DNA of 64,000 nucleotides. It comes from Octopus vulgaris. Lineage: Eukaryota. Positions 39,116 through 54,132 of this stretch are shown here, in pieces. Below the pieces are notes generated by a model that worked only from the letters and a program-made list of their open reading frames with translations, had not been told where the DNA came from and ran no database searches. A program made the translations under genes and the position numbers. The DNA lies in assembly GCA_951406725.2 (NCBI GenBank), contig OX597819.1:65286001-65350000 (forward strand), read 5' to 3'. The stretch's first letter is position 1; every line of letters starts with the position of its first letter.

Positions 39116-41998
39116 AAACATACCCTGATTGACTGCTCGATTTTTTACTAACAAGGACACATTCGTCCGGTTTACAGCCATTATATATTATTAGATATAT
39201 TAAGTGTTCTCAAGCCAATATCCAGTCTTACTTTTCTGTTGGATGTATGATTTTCACATATTTATGCTTTTCTCTATGGATAAATATTGTGTCCCTCTCT
39301 TCTCCTAAAAACTGTTGGCCCAGTGTTGTCTTTGCAGTTCGTGTCGGTAAAACTACTACCTGTTTAATCCAAGGATGTATGTCATCGACCAACCCCTTCC
39401 CATCAAATACTTCAAATAACGCATGTATCGTAGAAAGAATTATTTATTTTTTCTTAAAATCGACCTCATGGCAGAGTTGACAGAACTTCGGCTAAATTTC
39501 TTTGAAGTATTTCCTCCGTGTTCAAATTTCATTCTTGTCTTGAACTCAAATTTCACTGAGCTCGACCTAGCTTTTCATTTTATCGGAATCGGTTAAATAA
39601 AAGCAATTTTAACACCGGTATTGATGTAATCAACCAAACATCACATTCACAATTGCTGCCTTTATGCCGAAATTTAAAACCATTACAGGATCTTTGTGGC
39701 TTTCGTTATTGTTTACTATTTTTTTTCAGTTGTTTTCAAATTTGGTACATGGATTAAGTCTTGCACAATAATTTTGAAAATTAAATTCATTTTTCTTATA
39801 AATACATAATTAAAAAGTTATTTGAGTCTAAAATTTGCAAAATTTGGATATTTTAGCCATTAAGAAGCGAGTATTTTTCACATCACTGTGGCGATAATTT
39901 CTATTTCCATAGTAACCAAAGATGCTGCGCATGCGCACAAGGAAGAGAAGGAGATACAAGAAAGATAATCTTCTACTGTAATAATACTCAAGTGGTTTTC
40001 TTCGTCACAGCATATGAACGAGAATGGAAGGGGTGATGGATGAATAAAGAAGGAAGAGGTGATGGCAAGCTGATGGTGGGAGCGTTTGAAATCTGTGTAA
40101 GTGTATGTGTGTGCTAGTAAAAGGGAGGTATGTGAATGTGTGTGTATGTGTGTGTGTGTGTGTGTGTGTGCAATTGAAGTAAGATGGTGTACATTACACG
40201 TTGAAAAAATCAAACTGCGTTTCAACTCTGCTCGCGATGTTTTAATGTTAACTTCATTCTTGTATATTTTAATGTCTTGACTGTTATTTCTAGCAATGTT
40301 TCGACATGCCGATCTCTCCCGCCTCCGATGAGAGAACGCGCTGTTTTCTGATTGGCTGAAAATTCTGAAAAGTATCAAAATTTGAACATCTGTAATATTT
40401 TTGAAAAAGTTTTGTGGAATAAGTGAATAAAAAATTCAGATTGAGCGTCTAACCCTACATCAATATGATGCATTAACAAATTTTTATAAAGAAAATTCTA
40501 AACAGTGACGAAAATCACAAACATTCCCATAATATATTCTTCTCTCATTTTGGTTGTTCAAATAATATAATACAAGGAACGTTATTGCGTGTTTTATGCT
40601 CACTGTGGCGCTTCATATTTAGAACATCTCATTAGAAAAGTAACTTACATAGAGATAAAACTCTGCACGAATGTTTGTCTATAAAGTCGCTTCAACGTGT
40701 AAATTGTATTTTAGCAATCTGCTAAGTCAGAAATAGTCCCATAAGAAATTAAACATATGGCACAAGACATGTAGTAAATTTATAAATGCATGTTCTTTGC
40801 ATCTCTTTCCAGAGTTTCATTCACTGTTTAGGACTGTAAAATCGAATCAACTTGGTTTTATTCTCCACTTGCTAAAAGTTTTTCATTATTTTCATCACTA
40901 GACCATTATTCAAAGCTGTGCACTTCACACAACATATACACTAATAGAGAAACCAAACTCGAACATTCGTACATGAAGCTATACGTACATCCCTATACAT
41001 CGCATCCCACCCAACCCCATCCATTAGACCACCACCTTCTCGCCTCGCCCCGCCTCGCCTCGCCTCGCCTCCAGAACACCACACACCACATCACACCACC
41101 TAGCACTGAACAATTCCCAGCACACACACCAGTGCACACTCTAGCACTGACCACTTCCCAACAGCTATACCGTCATCCACACGCATACACATGCACGTAC
41201 GCACACGTCAATGTCACAAGCTTCCTTCCAAACGTACGCACATACACGCTCTAAATTACTGTGTTGCTTTATATTAATCTGGTCATTGGTTTAAATTTAT
41301 ATTAATCAAACTAATATCCATTTTTTACAATTATATATATATTATTGTTATATATATATATATATTATATATATATATTGTTATATATATATATATACAA
41401 CCGATTATCACGTAATCTTATTTGGTTGATATAGGCATGTGAACTCAAATCTACCTAAGATCACGCAGTTACAACCGTCAGCAACGTAACATTAATATAG
41501 CAAATGACTGCAGAAAAGCTACACTAGCATTTCATGTCAACTACATGGGGATTTTTCCAATTTTTTCCACCAGTTTGTGCAGTAGAATTTTAAGCGTTGT
41601 TATATTGTTCAAAATATTAACTATTTCCTACATACCACAAAACTTGAATGTAGAAATAAGTCAGTTGGTACATAAAACAAAAAAACAAAAACACCAGTTG
41701 ATAAAGAGATAAAAATAATATGAAACTATTGTTTGTTTAGTTTATTTTTTACATGAAAGAGTTGAAAATAATTTGGTAAAAATATATAACAACATGTGAC
41801 TACGACATAACTCGATAACAAAATAAAAGTTGATATAACGATAGAAAACAAGACATAACAAGATTTAAATGAGATAAAATGGGAAATAACTCGATAAAGT
41901 TTGATACAACTAGTTATAATTTATTTATAGAAGTATATGGGTGTTCGTAGATATATACATATACATGCATTCATAAATGTTTCTGTGTGTAATAGTAT

Positions 41999-42076
<78 letters not shown>

Positions 42077-42559
42077 GTGTGTGTGTGCATGTGTGTATAC
42101 TTTTATGTGTATATGTAAATATACGTAACTAGTTGTTAGATTAAAGTTGATAACTAGTTATAACAATATATAACAGGATATCACAAAAGAAAACAAAACA
42201 TATCTAAAGTAAATGAGATAAATTCAGATCCAGTGAGATTTGATTTAACTCGATATAACTAAATATTATTAACTACATAAAACTTCCCATGAGATTAAAT
42301 TTCATAAATGCCAGACACAAGAAGGCATAAATCTAAACTTTCTGTAATATTTCGTCCCTCGTTTAAATACTACTTCTCAAAAATTTTTGTTGTGTTTGCA
42401 GTCATTCTGCTGAGAAAGCAAGCCACGTTTTGTAAACCATCTAATTTCTATCTTCTTAATGAAGCCATTGAATGAAATCGTATGAGAACTACGCTATCTC
42501 TCACTGAAAATTTCTCCCCACTGGATGTCAAATGCTAAACGTGTTCAAAGTTTTACGGC

Positions 42560-43255
42560 TCAGTGAAGCTCTCTATACTGTCATGAAAAAATTCAATGAG
42601 TAAATAGGGCTAGTAGCTTTTCTTTCTAAGCATTTAAAACTTCTTGTCTCTGTAATATTCAATCCTATGTAGACGAGAATGGCAACCTGCTGCACTTCGT
42701 CAAACACAAAGTCTTGTAAATATCAGTATCTCGAAAAATTACAGATTTAGGCCTCAAAGAAAAATACAACCAAGACTTTGAATTATGTCTTAAGATTCGA
42801 TGTTCTTCCACATTAGTCGTCCTACCAGTTGAAGATGTCGAAAAGACCTATGAAGAATTAATACACGATGACGACTTTACTTACATAGGCGTTGTGAGAT
42901 GACAAGGGGCTAGACGAAAGAGAGAACCACGTACATTCCCGATAGTCCTAAGGAATGTTAATCAGCGTATGCTTCAAGATCTTCCCAGAACAAAGAATGC
43001 TGCAGAGGAGTTTCAATCTGCGATAAAGCGTTTGGCAGCTGGAGTACTTTTAAATATTTGGAAATTAATCAAAACTCTGAAGGAAGGAGAAGGGTTCGTT
43101 CAAGTTGAAATGACAAATTCTTTGAGGAGATCTGTCAAATTCATGTACACGATATCGACGACTAACTGAACATCTTAAAAGATTGCTTATTGATTATGAG
43201 TCAACAACAAAAGTCGATTTCTTGAAGAGTGTCCCATATAATTTACATCAATTTT
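42560..43255 (+). mobile_element. Decayed MULE-like (Mutator) transposase fragment
   Basis: RKITDLGLKEKYNQD..., TYIG, FPIVLRNVNQRMLQDLPRTKNAAEEF and NIWKLIKTLK resemble the MULE FP..WN..LPRTNN..EGW motif. Confidence 0.7.
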
Positions 43256-43504
43256 AAGTGATAATAATAAATCATTAGTTATATCATATTACTTTTAAAA
43301 AATAACTGTTTTTAAATATACTTTTAAATATACTTCCCCAGTATTTTACATGAATGCTATCAATAAAATTCTCAACGATTATTGATTTTCATGTTCACCG
43401 TGTTTACTAAAGAGTTTATTTAAGATTGGGGAAAAAATCGTTGGAGTAAGTGACATCACACAAAAATGCGGATCACACACACACACACACACATATATCT
43501 ATTA

Positions 43505-43719
43505 TTCTTTTCTTTTATATGATTTAGTCATTTGACGGCAGCCGCGTTGAAGCACCGCCTTTAGTGAAGCTAATAGACCCCAGGATTTATTCTTTGTAAG
43601 CCTAGAACTTATTCTATCAGTCTCTTTTACGGAACCACTTGGTTACGGGGATATAAACACACCAGCATCGATTGTTAAGCGACGGTTGGGTGACAAACAC
43701 AGACACAGAAACATATACT

Positions 43720-43756
<37 letters not shown>

Positions 43757-43820
43757 GCCGGGTTTCTTTCAGTTTCCGTCTACCACAGCCACTCACGAGG
43801 CTTTGGGCGGCCCCATGCTA
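43505..43820 (-). mobile_element. SINE family A (head missing, abuts LINE)
   Basis: ttctttcagtttccgtctacca and gaccccaggatttattctttgtaagcctag. Confidence 0.85.
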
Positions 43821-43821
43821 T

Positions 43822-44870
43822 TTGAAATATTTCGACCAGTATTGACCCAGGTCATATCTAATTTACTAGCAGCACCTTACAGAGTCATTCAAATCAGAGA
43901 TCAGACAACATTGCCCACACGAGGAGAAAGTTTGTGGTGACATATGCGGGTATAGGAGATTTAACCGGGATTTTCTGAAGGAATTTGTCCAAAGACTTCT
44001 TGAACTTTATAGAGTATATTTCTGCTTTAATCTGTTTTGGTGTAATGTTAAAGAGAGAGGGACCAAATGAGGTGAAATTATTGTGACGGATTATTGTTAT
44101 GTGATGCGAGTATGATTTTCGTTGTGGACGTGTCTTAAAGGCGATGCCAACATCATTTGGGCAATGCTGATGGGATATTTGTAGCGCTCACGGGCGGCGT
44201 TGGAGGGAATAAAGCTTGAACTTGTCTATTCGACCCCAATAATCAATGCCTGCCTTGCCATCTACCTTTTTTTGTAATTGACATTTAAGTTGCTTCAATT
44301 TTCTTGATACTTTGTTTCGCGTTGGGAGATCACAGTTGACAACAGTATTAAAGATGGGCAAAATTGGAGAAAGTGAAGAATAATGGTGTGGATATCTCTC
44401 GACTGGAAAGTTCTGAAAATCCAGTAACTCATAATTCGGGCAATGTCGACTTTGCTGTTTATATGAGCAGCCCAGCTAATGTTGTTGTTCACAACAAATA
44501 CTTCAAAGGCTCTGATGTAGTTGGATGCCATGAGAGTTTCACTTGAAAGAATATTGTATGAGAGTTTCAGGGTATCATCTTTACGGAATTGGATTAACTC
44601 AAAGTGATCTTCGTTCAGCGGCATAATATTCTGTTGCACCAATTGGATTACAACCAGTACAGCTGACTGATGTCATGCCCGGTCACTCACTTCATTCATG
44701 ACCCTCTGGATCTTCGAATCATCTGCAAAGTTTCTTATGTTACAGTAATGTAATTGATGAAAAGCAGTGGGCGCTACACACTGCCTTGTGGAACACCACT
44801 ACTGTCTTTGGCTGGGTTTCATTTTACTCCTTTGACCATAACGGTGTTGGTTATGGCTCCGCAGCCTCTT
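43822..44870 (-). mobile_element. Decayed CR1/L2-group LINE reverse transcriptase 3' portion
   Basis: Minus-strand SGVPQGSV..PLLFINYI, FADDSKI, ISWAAHINSKV..A...WIFRTF and LDKFLQKIP, with stops and frameshifts. Confidence 0.9.
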
Positions 44871-45294
44871 GCAATATATATATATATATACCTGCATACA
44901 TACATACATGCATACATACATATACACATGTATAATTATATATATGTATAATTATATATATATATATATATATAATTATATATATATATAATTAATATAT
45001 ATATATTAATTATAGATGTATAATTATATATAGTGAACTATTACACGTGAAGAAATAAAGTGAAAATATTAAAAGTAAAGCAATCTAAATGCGAAACTAT
45101 ATATAACTGTTACTCCGTCGAGTATTCCTAGGGTTTTGTGGCGTAATGCAGAACAGTGACAAAATTGCATTGTTTTAATCCCATAGAATTATGTGTTGAT
45201 ATTCCTGCAGTTTCATATTGTTACCATAGAAAACTTGATTTCATCCGGATGAGCCGTTTGAGAATGCATTGGCAACAGACAGAGAAACAAAGGA

Positions 45295-45329
<35 letters not shown>

Positions 45330-45335
<6 letters not shown>

Positions 45336-45632
45336 TCTTTACGTACATTATATAATTTATTTGCATCTATATATCTTCATAATTCGTTCCCTACTAAGTT
45401 TATCCCCGATATGTATGTTTGTACAATGAGATTACTGTTTGTGTTTATTTGGGCTGTATAGAAAGCTTTCAACACATCTCTATAATCCGCTGTACTCCAT
45501 TTTATGCGTTTTGTTTTAGGTGGTGGTAGTGGTGACGTCACTACAGGTCTAGGATTAGGGTTACCCTGGTTCTGGTCACCTGGTAGATCGTTTTTATGTT
45601 TGTCAGTTTGTTCCTGCAGCATACTTTTCCCA
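45330..45632 (-). mobile_element. N-terminal ORF fragment of an R4/Dong-like LINE
   Basis: KRIKWSTADYRDVLKAFY ... YIDANKLYNVRKDII resembles the Myb-like N-terminus of R4-clade ORFs. Confidence 0.55.
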
Positions 45633-45694
45633 AATAATAATAATAAGAAGAAGAATAGGAAGAAGAAGAAGAAGAAGAAGAAGAAGAAGAAGAA

Positions 45695-45741
<47 letters not shown>

Positions 45742-45856
45742 AGAAGAAGAAGAAGAAGAGGAAGAACATGAAGAAGAAGAAGCACATGAAGAAGAAGAAG
45801 AAGAAGAAGAAGAAGAAGAAGAAGAAGAACAACAACAACAACAACAACAACAACAA

Positions 45857-46810
45857 GAGAGACTTCCCTGACATTGATAATGATAAGGGCTCACCACCCA
45901 CTAAGGAAGCAAGAAATGTAAAACATAACCGAAATAAGTTTGAAAGAAATATGAAGACTTTGGCAAGGAAAACCGTTGCAGGGGCCATACCCGACTCGAC
46001 CTGGAGAAGCTGATATAGATATGTAAAGAATCCATCAGTTGCTGCAGAGTGTTGGTTTCAAAACCGAAAGTATTCATCCTGGCAGCTCAAGACCAGTGTT
46101 TCTTCACCCGAAATTATCAAGCTAATAGCATACTCAATGAAATAGACACAAAGTGTATACTTTGCAATGACAAACGTGACATATTGATCAGGTTGTTGCT
46201 GTTTGCTCAGTCATCGCCTCTACAGAATATAAAGTCAAATATGATCGATTTGGTCAATCTCTACACTGGAGAATGTGCCGTCACTATGGAATTGAACAGC
46301 CAAAGTACTCGTATGAACACCATCCAGAAGGAATGTTACCATATTATGGGATTACGGAGTATATACAGATGGATACATAAATGATAACGGACACAGACAT
46401 CATCATCAAAGATTTAAAACAAAAACAAACATGATTGTGAATTGATATGACAGTGCCTACCGAGAGAAACATCTCAGCAAAGGAATTTAAAAAGCTGTCG
46501 AAATATAAGGACTTTGAGATTGAGATATCTAGGACGTGCCAATTAAGAACCAAAACTATATATGTTGTTGTAGGTGTCCAGGGAAGGATCTTTCTTTTAC
46601 TCCTTTGTGGAGAGTCACTTATAATCACTATGCTGACAAATTTTTTGAACAGATCCAGGGAAACTAATAATCTCTGAGACTCAAACATTTGTGTTGACAT
46701 CAACTGCCGACATTCTCAGGAAGTTTCTTTCCATCTGATTTACAGGTGCCTTAGGTTTCTGATTGAAAGCCGGTCAGAAAAGGAAATAAAATGCAATTCA
46801 ATCAGAAAAT
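45857..46810 (+). mobile_element. Second decayed R4/Dong-type LINE 3' fragment
   Basis: FILAAQDQ..TRNY, KCILC zinc knuckle, KLSKYKDFEIEISR, ILRKFLSI*. Followed by taataataat. Confidence 0.88.
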
Positions 46811-47526
46811 GATAACACTAATACTAATAATAATATTGTGATAATCTCTTTCTCTCTCTCCCTCTCTCTCTCTCCCACTCAGTCTCTTTCTCAGAACTAT
46901 TTTCGACAAACATGGGAAATCTATATTGCAAATGCAAAATATAGGTAAGATTTTGTTATTTCCATATCACTGGTACATACTTCCCTGTGTCCCATGTTTC
47001 ACGGATAATTAAGGCGTCTTTCTTCACATTTTAGAAACTTCTATTCCCAGATATAATCACAGGATAAAAACTCACTTTAAACAATGGAGATATTATGTAC
47101 GCCTCTATTCATTATGTTCTCTGATATATTTACAGTACTATGGGTGATTTTTTTTTATTTTCTTTGTATTATTACACTACGATCTTACCTTCTTTCTTTC
47201 CTCTCTCTTTCGTTCTTTGTTTTGTCCATCAATCTCGTCTGTGGTAGAAATCTTAATTACGTAGCCATCAAGAATATCATCAGACTATATATTTCATTAT
47301 GCTTTGAAGCGTTGCTATTGACGACACGTGTTGCTGACATTGATGGAATGCCATCATTTTAATCTTTTTTCCTTCTCTTCCTACACCTACCCTTTTCTCC
47401 GCTCATACTGCTAGGTTATTTTCTTTTCTCTTCTCTTACGATCGGTCATACATTTGCGACTAAATTGATTTAAGACTGTCACTTATACATCGCAATCACT
47501 CATTCTCTCCGTCACTCGCTTTGTCC

Positions 47527-47593
<67 letters not shown>

Positions 47594-47872
47594 TATATAT
47601 ATATGTATGTACATAGATAGATAGATAGATATAGATACATACATTTATGTGTGTGTATGAGTATACATGTATGCATACTACATACAATGAGACAGAAAAG
47701 GAGAGAGACAGACAGACAGTCAGAGACACAGACTGACAGACGTATCTTTCTTTCTATCGATCACTTTACTGCAATAAACACCTGCCCAGTAGTCTTGATA
47801 CCAGCGTTGCATCTAATCATACTTTTCCCTTTCAAATTCTTTCTATCTAGAAATCTCCCCCCCATATATATA

Positions 47873-47911
<39 letters not shown>

Positions 47912-48900
47912 TGTGTGTGTGTGTGTGTGCAGATGTGCGTATATATATACATATATATATATAGTCATGTATACATATATAAGTTATATATATATATATG
48001 CATATGTATACATATATATGTACTATGTATGTGTCTATATATATGAACATACTTACATACACATATACATTATACATCCATACATACACGCGCACACACA
48101 CGGACGCTCACGCACACATGAATATATATGTATGTTGTATGCATGGTGTATCAATTTATATTTCTTCCTAGTTTTCTATATGAAGAAAGAAATTAAGAAA
48201 CGCATTGTCAATTGAATAAGATATATACCACCACCCCTGGCAAGATTGTGCTAATGAAAAGAAAGCATACTTTATTCTTTATAGCAGACAGGAAGAAAAA
48301 AAGGAACTATTAATTTAATATAATACAACATATTGCTATGATATGTGGGGGTTATAAGCAATTATGAGAACCTACTTCTTTGACAACTGACATATCGTTA
48401 TTTGTACTAATTAGGTTTCTTTCAGCTTCGGTATAGTCAGAATGAAACTTCCTGAACAAGGCGGACATTTGTACATCAGGTAGGTCTGTTTTAACATATT
48501 CTGTGCCAGGAGTTTTATGTAAATATGCGGTGTTGAAAATTCGCAATAAAAGAATGTTGAATATATGTTTTTATATGTCCTGTAAATACTACAAATCTTT
48601 CTATTATATTTCAGTATTTTCCTGACCACACGTGAACAGAGTCGTCAAAGTATTTCCGAAATTACCGATACAAGTACAATTGTTTAAATATACATCATTC
48701 TAATGTTGTTAGTGCACCAACATATTATTGGGGAGAGAAATTATAAAACATGTCCGAGGAGTCAAGTGGAAGAAAACTGACGGTGATTTAGTATTAAGTG
48801 TAATGCATGGAATATTAAAACTGCTTGCATCTGTTTCGCAAGATGATTGATATGAAAGCATCTATTGCAATTAAGATTGTATTTTGGTTGAGTTATGCTG

Positions 48901-49078
48901 TAGGAGTGGTTGTGTGCTAAGTAGCTTATTTACTAACCATATGGTTCCGTGTTCAGACCCACCGGCACCTTGGGCAAGTGTCTTCTACTAGAGCATCGGG
49001 CCGACTAAAGCCTTTTGAATGGATTTGGTTGACTGAAATAAGCCCGTCGTGTATATATATATATTTATGTATGTGTGC

Positions 49079-49167
<89 letters not shown>

Positions 49168-49355
49168 GGTTTTTTCCTCCGACATCGCTTGACAATCGAT
49201 GCTAGTGTGTTTACGTTCCTGTAAATTAGCAGTTCCGCAAAAGTGACCGATAGAATAAATAGTAGGCTTGCAAGGAATAAATCCAGGAGTCGATTTGCTC
49301 GACTAAATGCTGTGCTCCAGCATGGCCGCAGTAAAATGACTGAACCAAAAAAGAG
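48901..49355 (+). mobile_element. SINE family A with internal (TG)n
   Basis: Head-to-tail match to other copies. Confidence 0.9.
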
Positions 49356-49356
49356 A

Positions 49357-49401
<45 letters not shown>

Positions 49402-49579
49402 AACAGGCAGGAAAGATTTCATCGTCACTAATTGCTAGAAATAAGAGTTAAAAAATGTTACTGCTGTAAGAAGAGCGCATGATATACACACTGACATTGG
49501 AGGTAACGATACGCATATATACATGCAAACATACATGCAAACATTCATGCATACACACATACATACATATATATTCTGT

Positions 49580-49937
49580 TATTCTCTTTTATTCTTGTAT
49601 TGGTTTCAGTCATTTGACTGCGACTATGGTGGAGCACTCAAACAAATCGACCCCCAGAACTCATTGTTTGTAAGCATAGTAGTTACTCTATCTGTTTCTT
49701 TTGCACAACTGCTAAGTTACGGGGACTTAAACACAACAGCATCGGTTGTCAAGCGATGGTGGGGGGACAAACACACACAAACACACACAGACACATACAC
49801 ACACACACGAAAAAATATATACACCACGGGCTTCTTTCATTTTTCTTCTAATGCATCCACTCACAAGGCTTTAGTCGGCTCGAAGCTTTACTAGAGAGCA
49901 CTTGCCCAATTTGCCACACAGTGGGACTGAACCCGGA
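49580..49937 (-). mobile_element. SINE family A
   Basis: gtttcagtcatttgactgcg...cagtgggactgaacccggaa. Confidence 0.88.
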
Positions 49938-50875
49938 ATAAAAACATAATGAAAACAGAAAATGGAGATAACATAGATAAACAACAATTTATTTGCATCA
50001 ATTATAATTTATTAATAATTTGCAAAAATATTGCATCCCAACTAATACCTGTTACTGCTGCCAATGTTCTTTGGAATTACGACTATGATGCTACGGGAAT
50101 ATTTATCTTAGTTCGTAATAAAACAGATTTGAATTAAGGAGCTTCATGGAGCGCTATAGACACGCCCGCGCACACACACAAATACACACATACACGGGTA
50201 GTTGCTTTAGTATTATTAGCAAGCAGTTAGATAATTAATCTATTAATGAATCGGTTAACGGATCTTTTCATACAGCCCAGGAGCCTGTCAATGATTACGA
50301 GTCATTCCAGTGTATCACTTTCCTCTGCCCTTACTGCGTGGTTATCATTCGCCTTACGGCTCTTATTGATTGGTCATAGAACTGAAGTGAAATATAACCA
50401 GCGTGTGAAATATTTCGCCGCATGACTCTCCCAAACACTTCAACAATAGCAGAATTCCAAATAGAATAACACTGGCAACAGGAACTAAGCAAAAACGATA
50501 TAAATGAATGAAATTTATTGCGGAAATTCTGTTCAATGAATGTATTTAGAGAATGAAGAAACATAAATATGTCCAATTCGGGAATAAAATATAAGGCCAT
50601 ACAGTATATGTTTCGTATGAGAGCGATAAGCTAATATTAACCTCGCAAACCAAGAAAGAGTGTATAATTTTGCCAACCGAAGATATTGTTATTTCAATCC
50701 GGACCGAAAAGGTAAGTTTAATAAAACATAAATAAAGTAATTAAGTTGGGTTAGTATCCAATCCAAATCAAAATATTGAACAATTTCAACGCAGACGTAT
50801 CGATTTTAGGTGTGGACAGTTCTATAAAAAAACATACATGAGTCCTTGCAAAAGGTGTTTATTCATTCACACACT

Positions 50876-50930
<55 letters not shown>

Positions 50931-51183
50931 AGATTTTCGAGGTAATCAAACCAACAATATTTAGGAAGCGATTAATATAATTTCTATTACTTACATTATA
51001 TTTTGGGCATTTTTATTTATGCAAGTTAAAGTGCAATTGACACATAGTTTATTAAATCTGCTGCCGTCATTCTTTAGTACTGACCTCCTGTAGTAGAACA
51101 TATTTCTTTTTGGGTAATTACGCTCTTCTTTAATAAACATGCAAACAAAAGTTTTATAATAATGACTGTCGTATTAGATAAAT

Positions 51184-51217
<34 letters not shown>

Positions 51218-51466
51218 TCGTCCCTGTTGCGTTTACATTCGTTCCTTTTTCCAAGAAATCTAATGCTCACAGCTTAGTTTTTCCTTGGGGCTGGGCGATG
51301 GAGCAAATTTCAGAATTAATCAGCCGAAATTTGCTATGATGATCCGGTTTCTGACTGAAGATTAAAGGCTTCGAATGACCCGTCTGTTTTCTGTGTTCGT
51401 CCCTTTGTGTATTTCACGTTCTTGTTTCTTATATATAAATTTTATTCCTATATATATATATATATA

Positions 51467-51553
<87 letters not shown>

Positions 51554-52602
51554 TTGTATGCATGTATGTATGTATATATGTATGTGTGTATATAGTTCTA
51601 TACGTATTCAGCTCAAATTGTTTGGATGCATCTTGATAAATTTTACGCTATGCAGATCGATCTAGGCAATGATTTTTCCAAAGATGACAAGCTGTAGAGA
51701 TAGTATCATACAGAAGAATTTCTGAATGCGGTTATTTTTCATTCGAGCAACTTGTCCTACCTATCTGCGCTGAATTCATTTCATGTTACTCCTGTCTGCT
51801 TATCTGCAAATTAGTCTGAGTAACAGTTATAAACATTTCCCGGTCTAGCGTTCCCTTCAGCAAGGTGCTGTAATCCAGATCAATTACCCACCATGCTATA
51901 CGGATTAAAACCCAAGATTTAATGAGGTCTAGGACAGAAATCATAATACGGTATTAGACTTCGACATTGACAGATCTAAGTCTAATATTTTATTCCCAGA
52001 AAATGTTAAAAAAATTGAAACAAAATTATAAAATGTGTGTGATTATTAGCAGGAACTTGGACTGAATCAACAAAATCGATGGAATCAGTCCCACAAAATT
52101 TGCATAAACTTCTTTCTTCCAAACATCTTTAAAGTACATAAATAATCGTGGTAAGAACATCTACGCTGCCACTTCCTGTTGAAATATCGTTACTTCTCGT
52201 ATGGTAGTACGGCTTTTATGACACCAAAAACAAGTTGAATAGATGATCTTCTATTCTCCGAAATTAGGACATTATGTTGGTTTATAAGGAAGATAGATTA
52301 AACTGAGTACATACACAAACACTTACGCACACTCATACAAACAAACTGATTAGCTCGTCGCAAGTCCAGTTGACCTTGCTAATCGATTCTAATTAATGCC
52401 TGAAATATATAATCTAATTTTGAAATATATGGTTGCTGCAAAATCCAATTTCCTTTCTATAAATAAGATACATTTTTCCTTAGCAGCAAGGTGGCCGATG
52501 ACTAAGCTTTAATTCGTTTTATTACGAATGCTGTATATATGCATACACATTTGCATATACATAAATAACTACATACATACGTACATACATATATATTTAT
52601 GT

Positions 52603-52677
<75 letters not shown>

Positions 52678-53188
52678 GTGTGTATATTATATATATTATG
52701 CATATATATAAGCATATATAAATATACATATATGTATGTGTGTGTGCCTCTAGAGCTGATTAACATCCTTCACAACCTATTTCCTTGAAGTTGTATTTAC
52801 CTATAAATCGCCCAGCCATCCACCATCCATAACTTCTATAATTAGCTAACCCCTAATTTAACATTGACCCCCAACTCCATCTTCCAGATCAATGCCCTCC
52901 CTTAACGCAGATGCTATACTAGCTATTGTCGCCAATTTTCACCATCCTCTTTGTCGATTTGAAGCCATTTCAGTTTTACTAATTTCATACCATTTGTCGT
53001 TTGCCTGAATTTTGAACGTTTGCTTTCTGACTGTTTGAAGCCATAATTTTGTGAAAATTTCCCTCACAATTATGGCTAATACAATTACATTGTAAAACCT
53101 TACAACTTTAATTTCACATGCATGTGTGATTGTGCTTCTTATATATATGTATACATATATGAAGGTATATATATATATGTATATATAT

Positions 53189-53700
53189 TTGTGGTGGTCC
53201 TATAGAGAACGATATTACTGTTGCTTTTAGCGCCAGGAAGACACCCTCTCTCTCCAGCTGGCTAACGACACACTGTCTGAGTGCGATTAGTTTTTGCGAG
53301 ATGTCATAGCCTTACGTGATACACACAAACGCGGGCTTCTGGGTAAATTACTCGTCTTTGGAATGTGATAATCGCGAGCTATTTAGAGGACGATATTACT
53401 GTTGCTTTTAGCGCCAGGAAGACACCCTCTCTCTCCAGCTGGCTAACGACACACTGTCTGAGTGCGATTAGTTTTTGCGAGATGTCATAGCCTTACGTGA
53501 TACACACAAACGCGGGCTTCTGGGTAAATTACTCGTCTTTGGAATGTGATAATCGCGAGCCATTTATGAAAACTCCTTCCACTCGGAAAATACTATGTCT
53601 TGTAACATCATCCCCTATGGGACCGCCACATTTAGTTGGCAAACATATCATACGATACAGTACTGTAACTGTTTACCTGTCGGTTAGAGATTTAATATAG
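53189..53700. mobile_element. Inverted-terminus family copy with a 181-bp internal tandem duplication (53203-53383, 53384-53560)
   Basis: Units are almost identical and each holds a degenerate minus-strand HHR. The right end is the reverse complement of 28690-28780. Confidence 0.8.
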
Positions 53701-53729
53701 TGTGTGTGTATGTGTGTATGTATGTATCG

Positions 53730-53767
<38 letters not shown>

Positions 53768-54058
53768 CGTATAATTATAAACAGGGTAAATTTTATTCAT
53801 TTCTCCGTATGTTGAAAATAACGACGAACAACCTTGATCGATTTTCGAACATATTGAGGCGTTCATATCATTCTGACAGTCCACGAAGAAACAAGCATCC
53901 AAACTATTTATATACTCAACAAACGCATCACTTACTCTATGAAGGAGTACCTAATTTGCATACCGAAAGTATTTACAGTATAAATAACAGCGGTGTCTGA
54001 ACGGGCATCTTAGTTCACACAGTATGAAGGTATGATATAAGAAATATATAACATATGG

Positions 54059-54132
<74 letters not shown>

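Noticed and set aside
39880-40400. X-box-like, TGCGCATGCGCA (NRF1-like) and CCAAT motifs
   Set aside because: No adjacent exon; the context looks like an interspersed repeat rather than a promoter.
48352-48629. Two overlapping minus-strand ORFs with a tttacag acceptor
   Set aside because: The more protein-like frame has a stop just after the acceptor, and no homology was recognised.
50340-50717. CCAAT box plus AAG|GTAAGT donor suggesting a first exon
   Set aside because: No ATG-initiated frame was seen reaching the donor and there is no downstream exon support.
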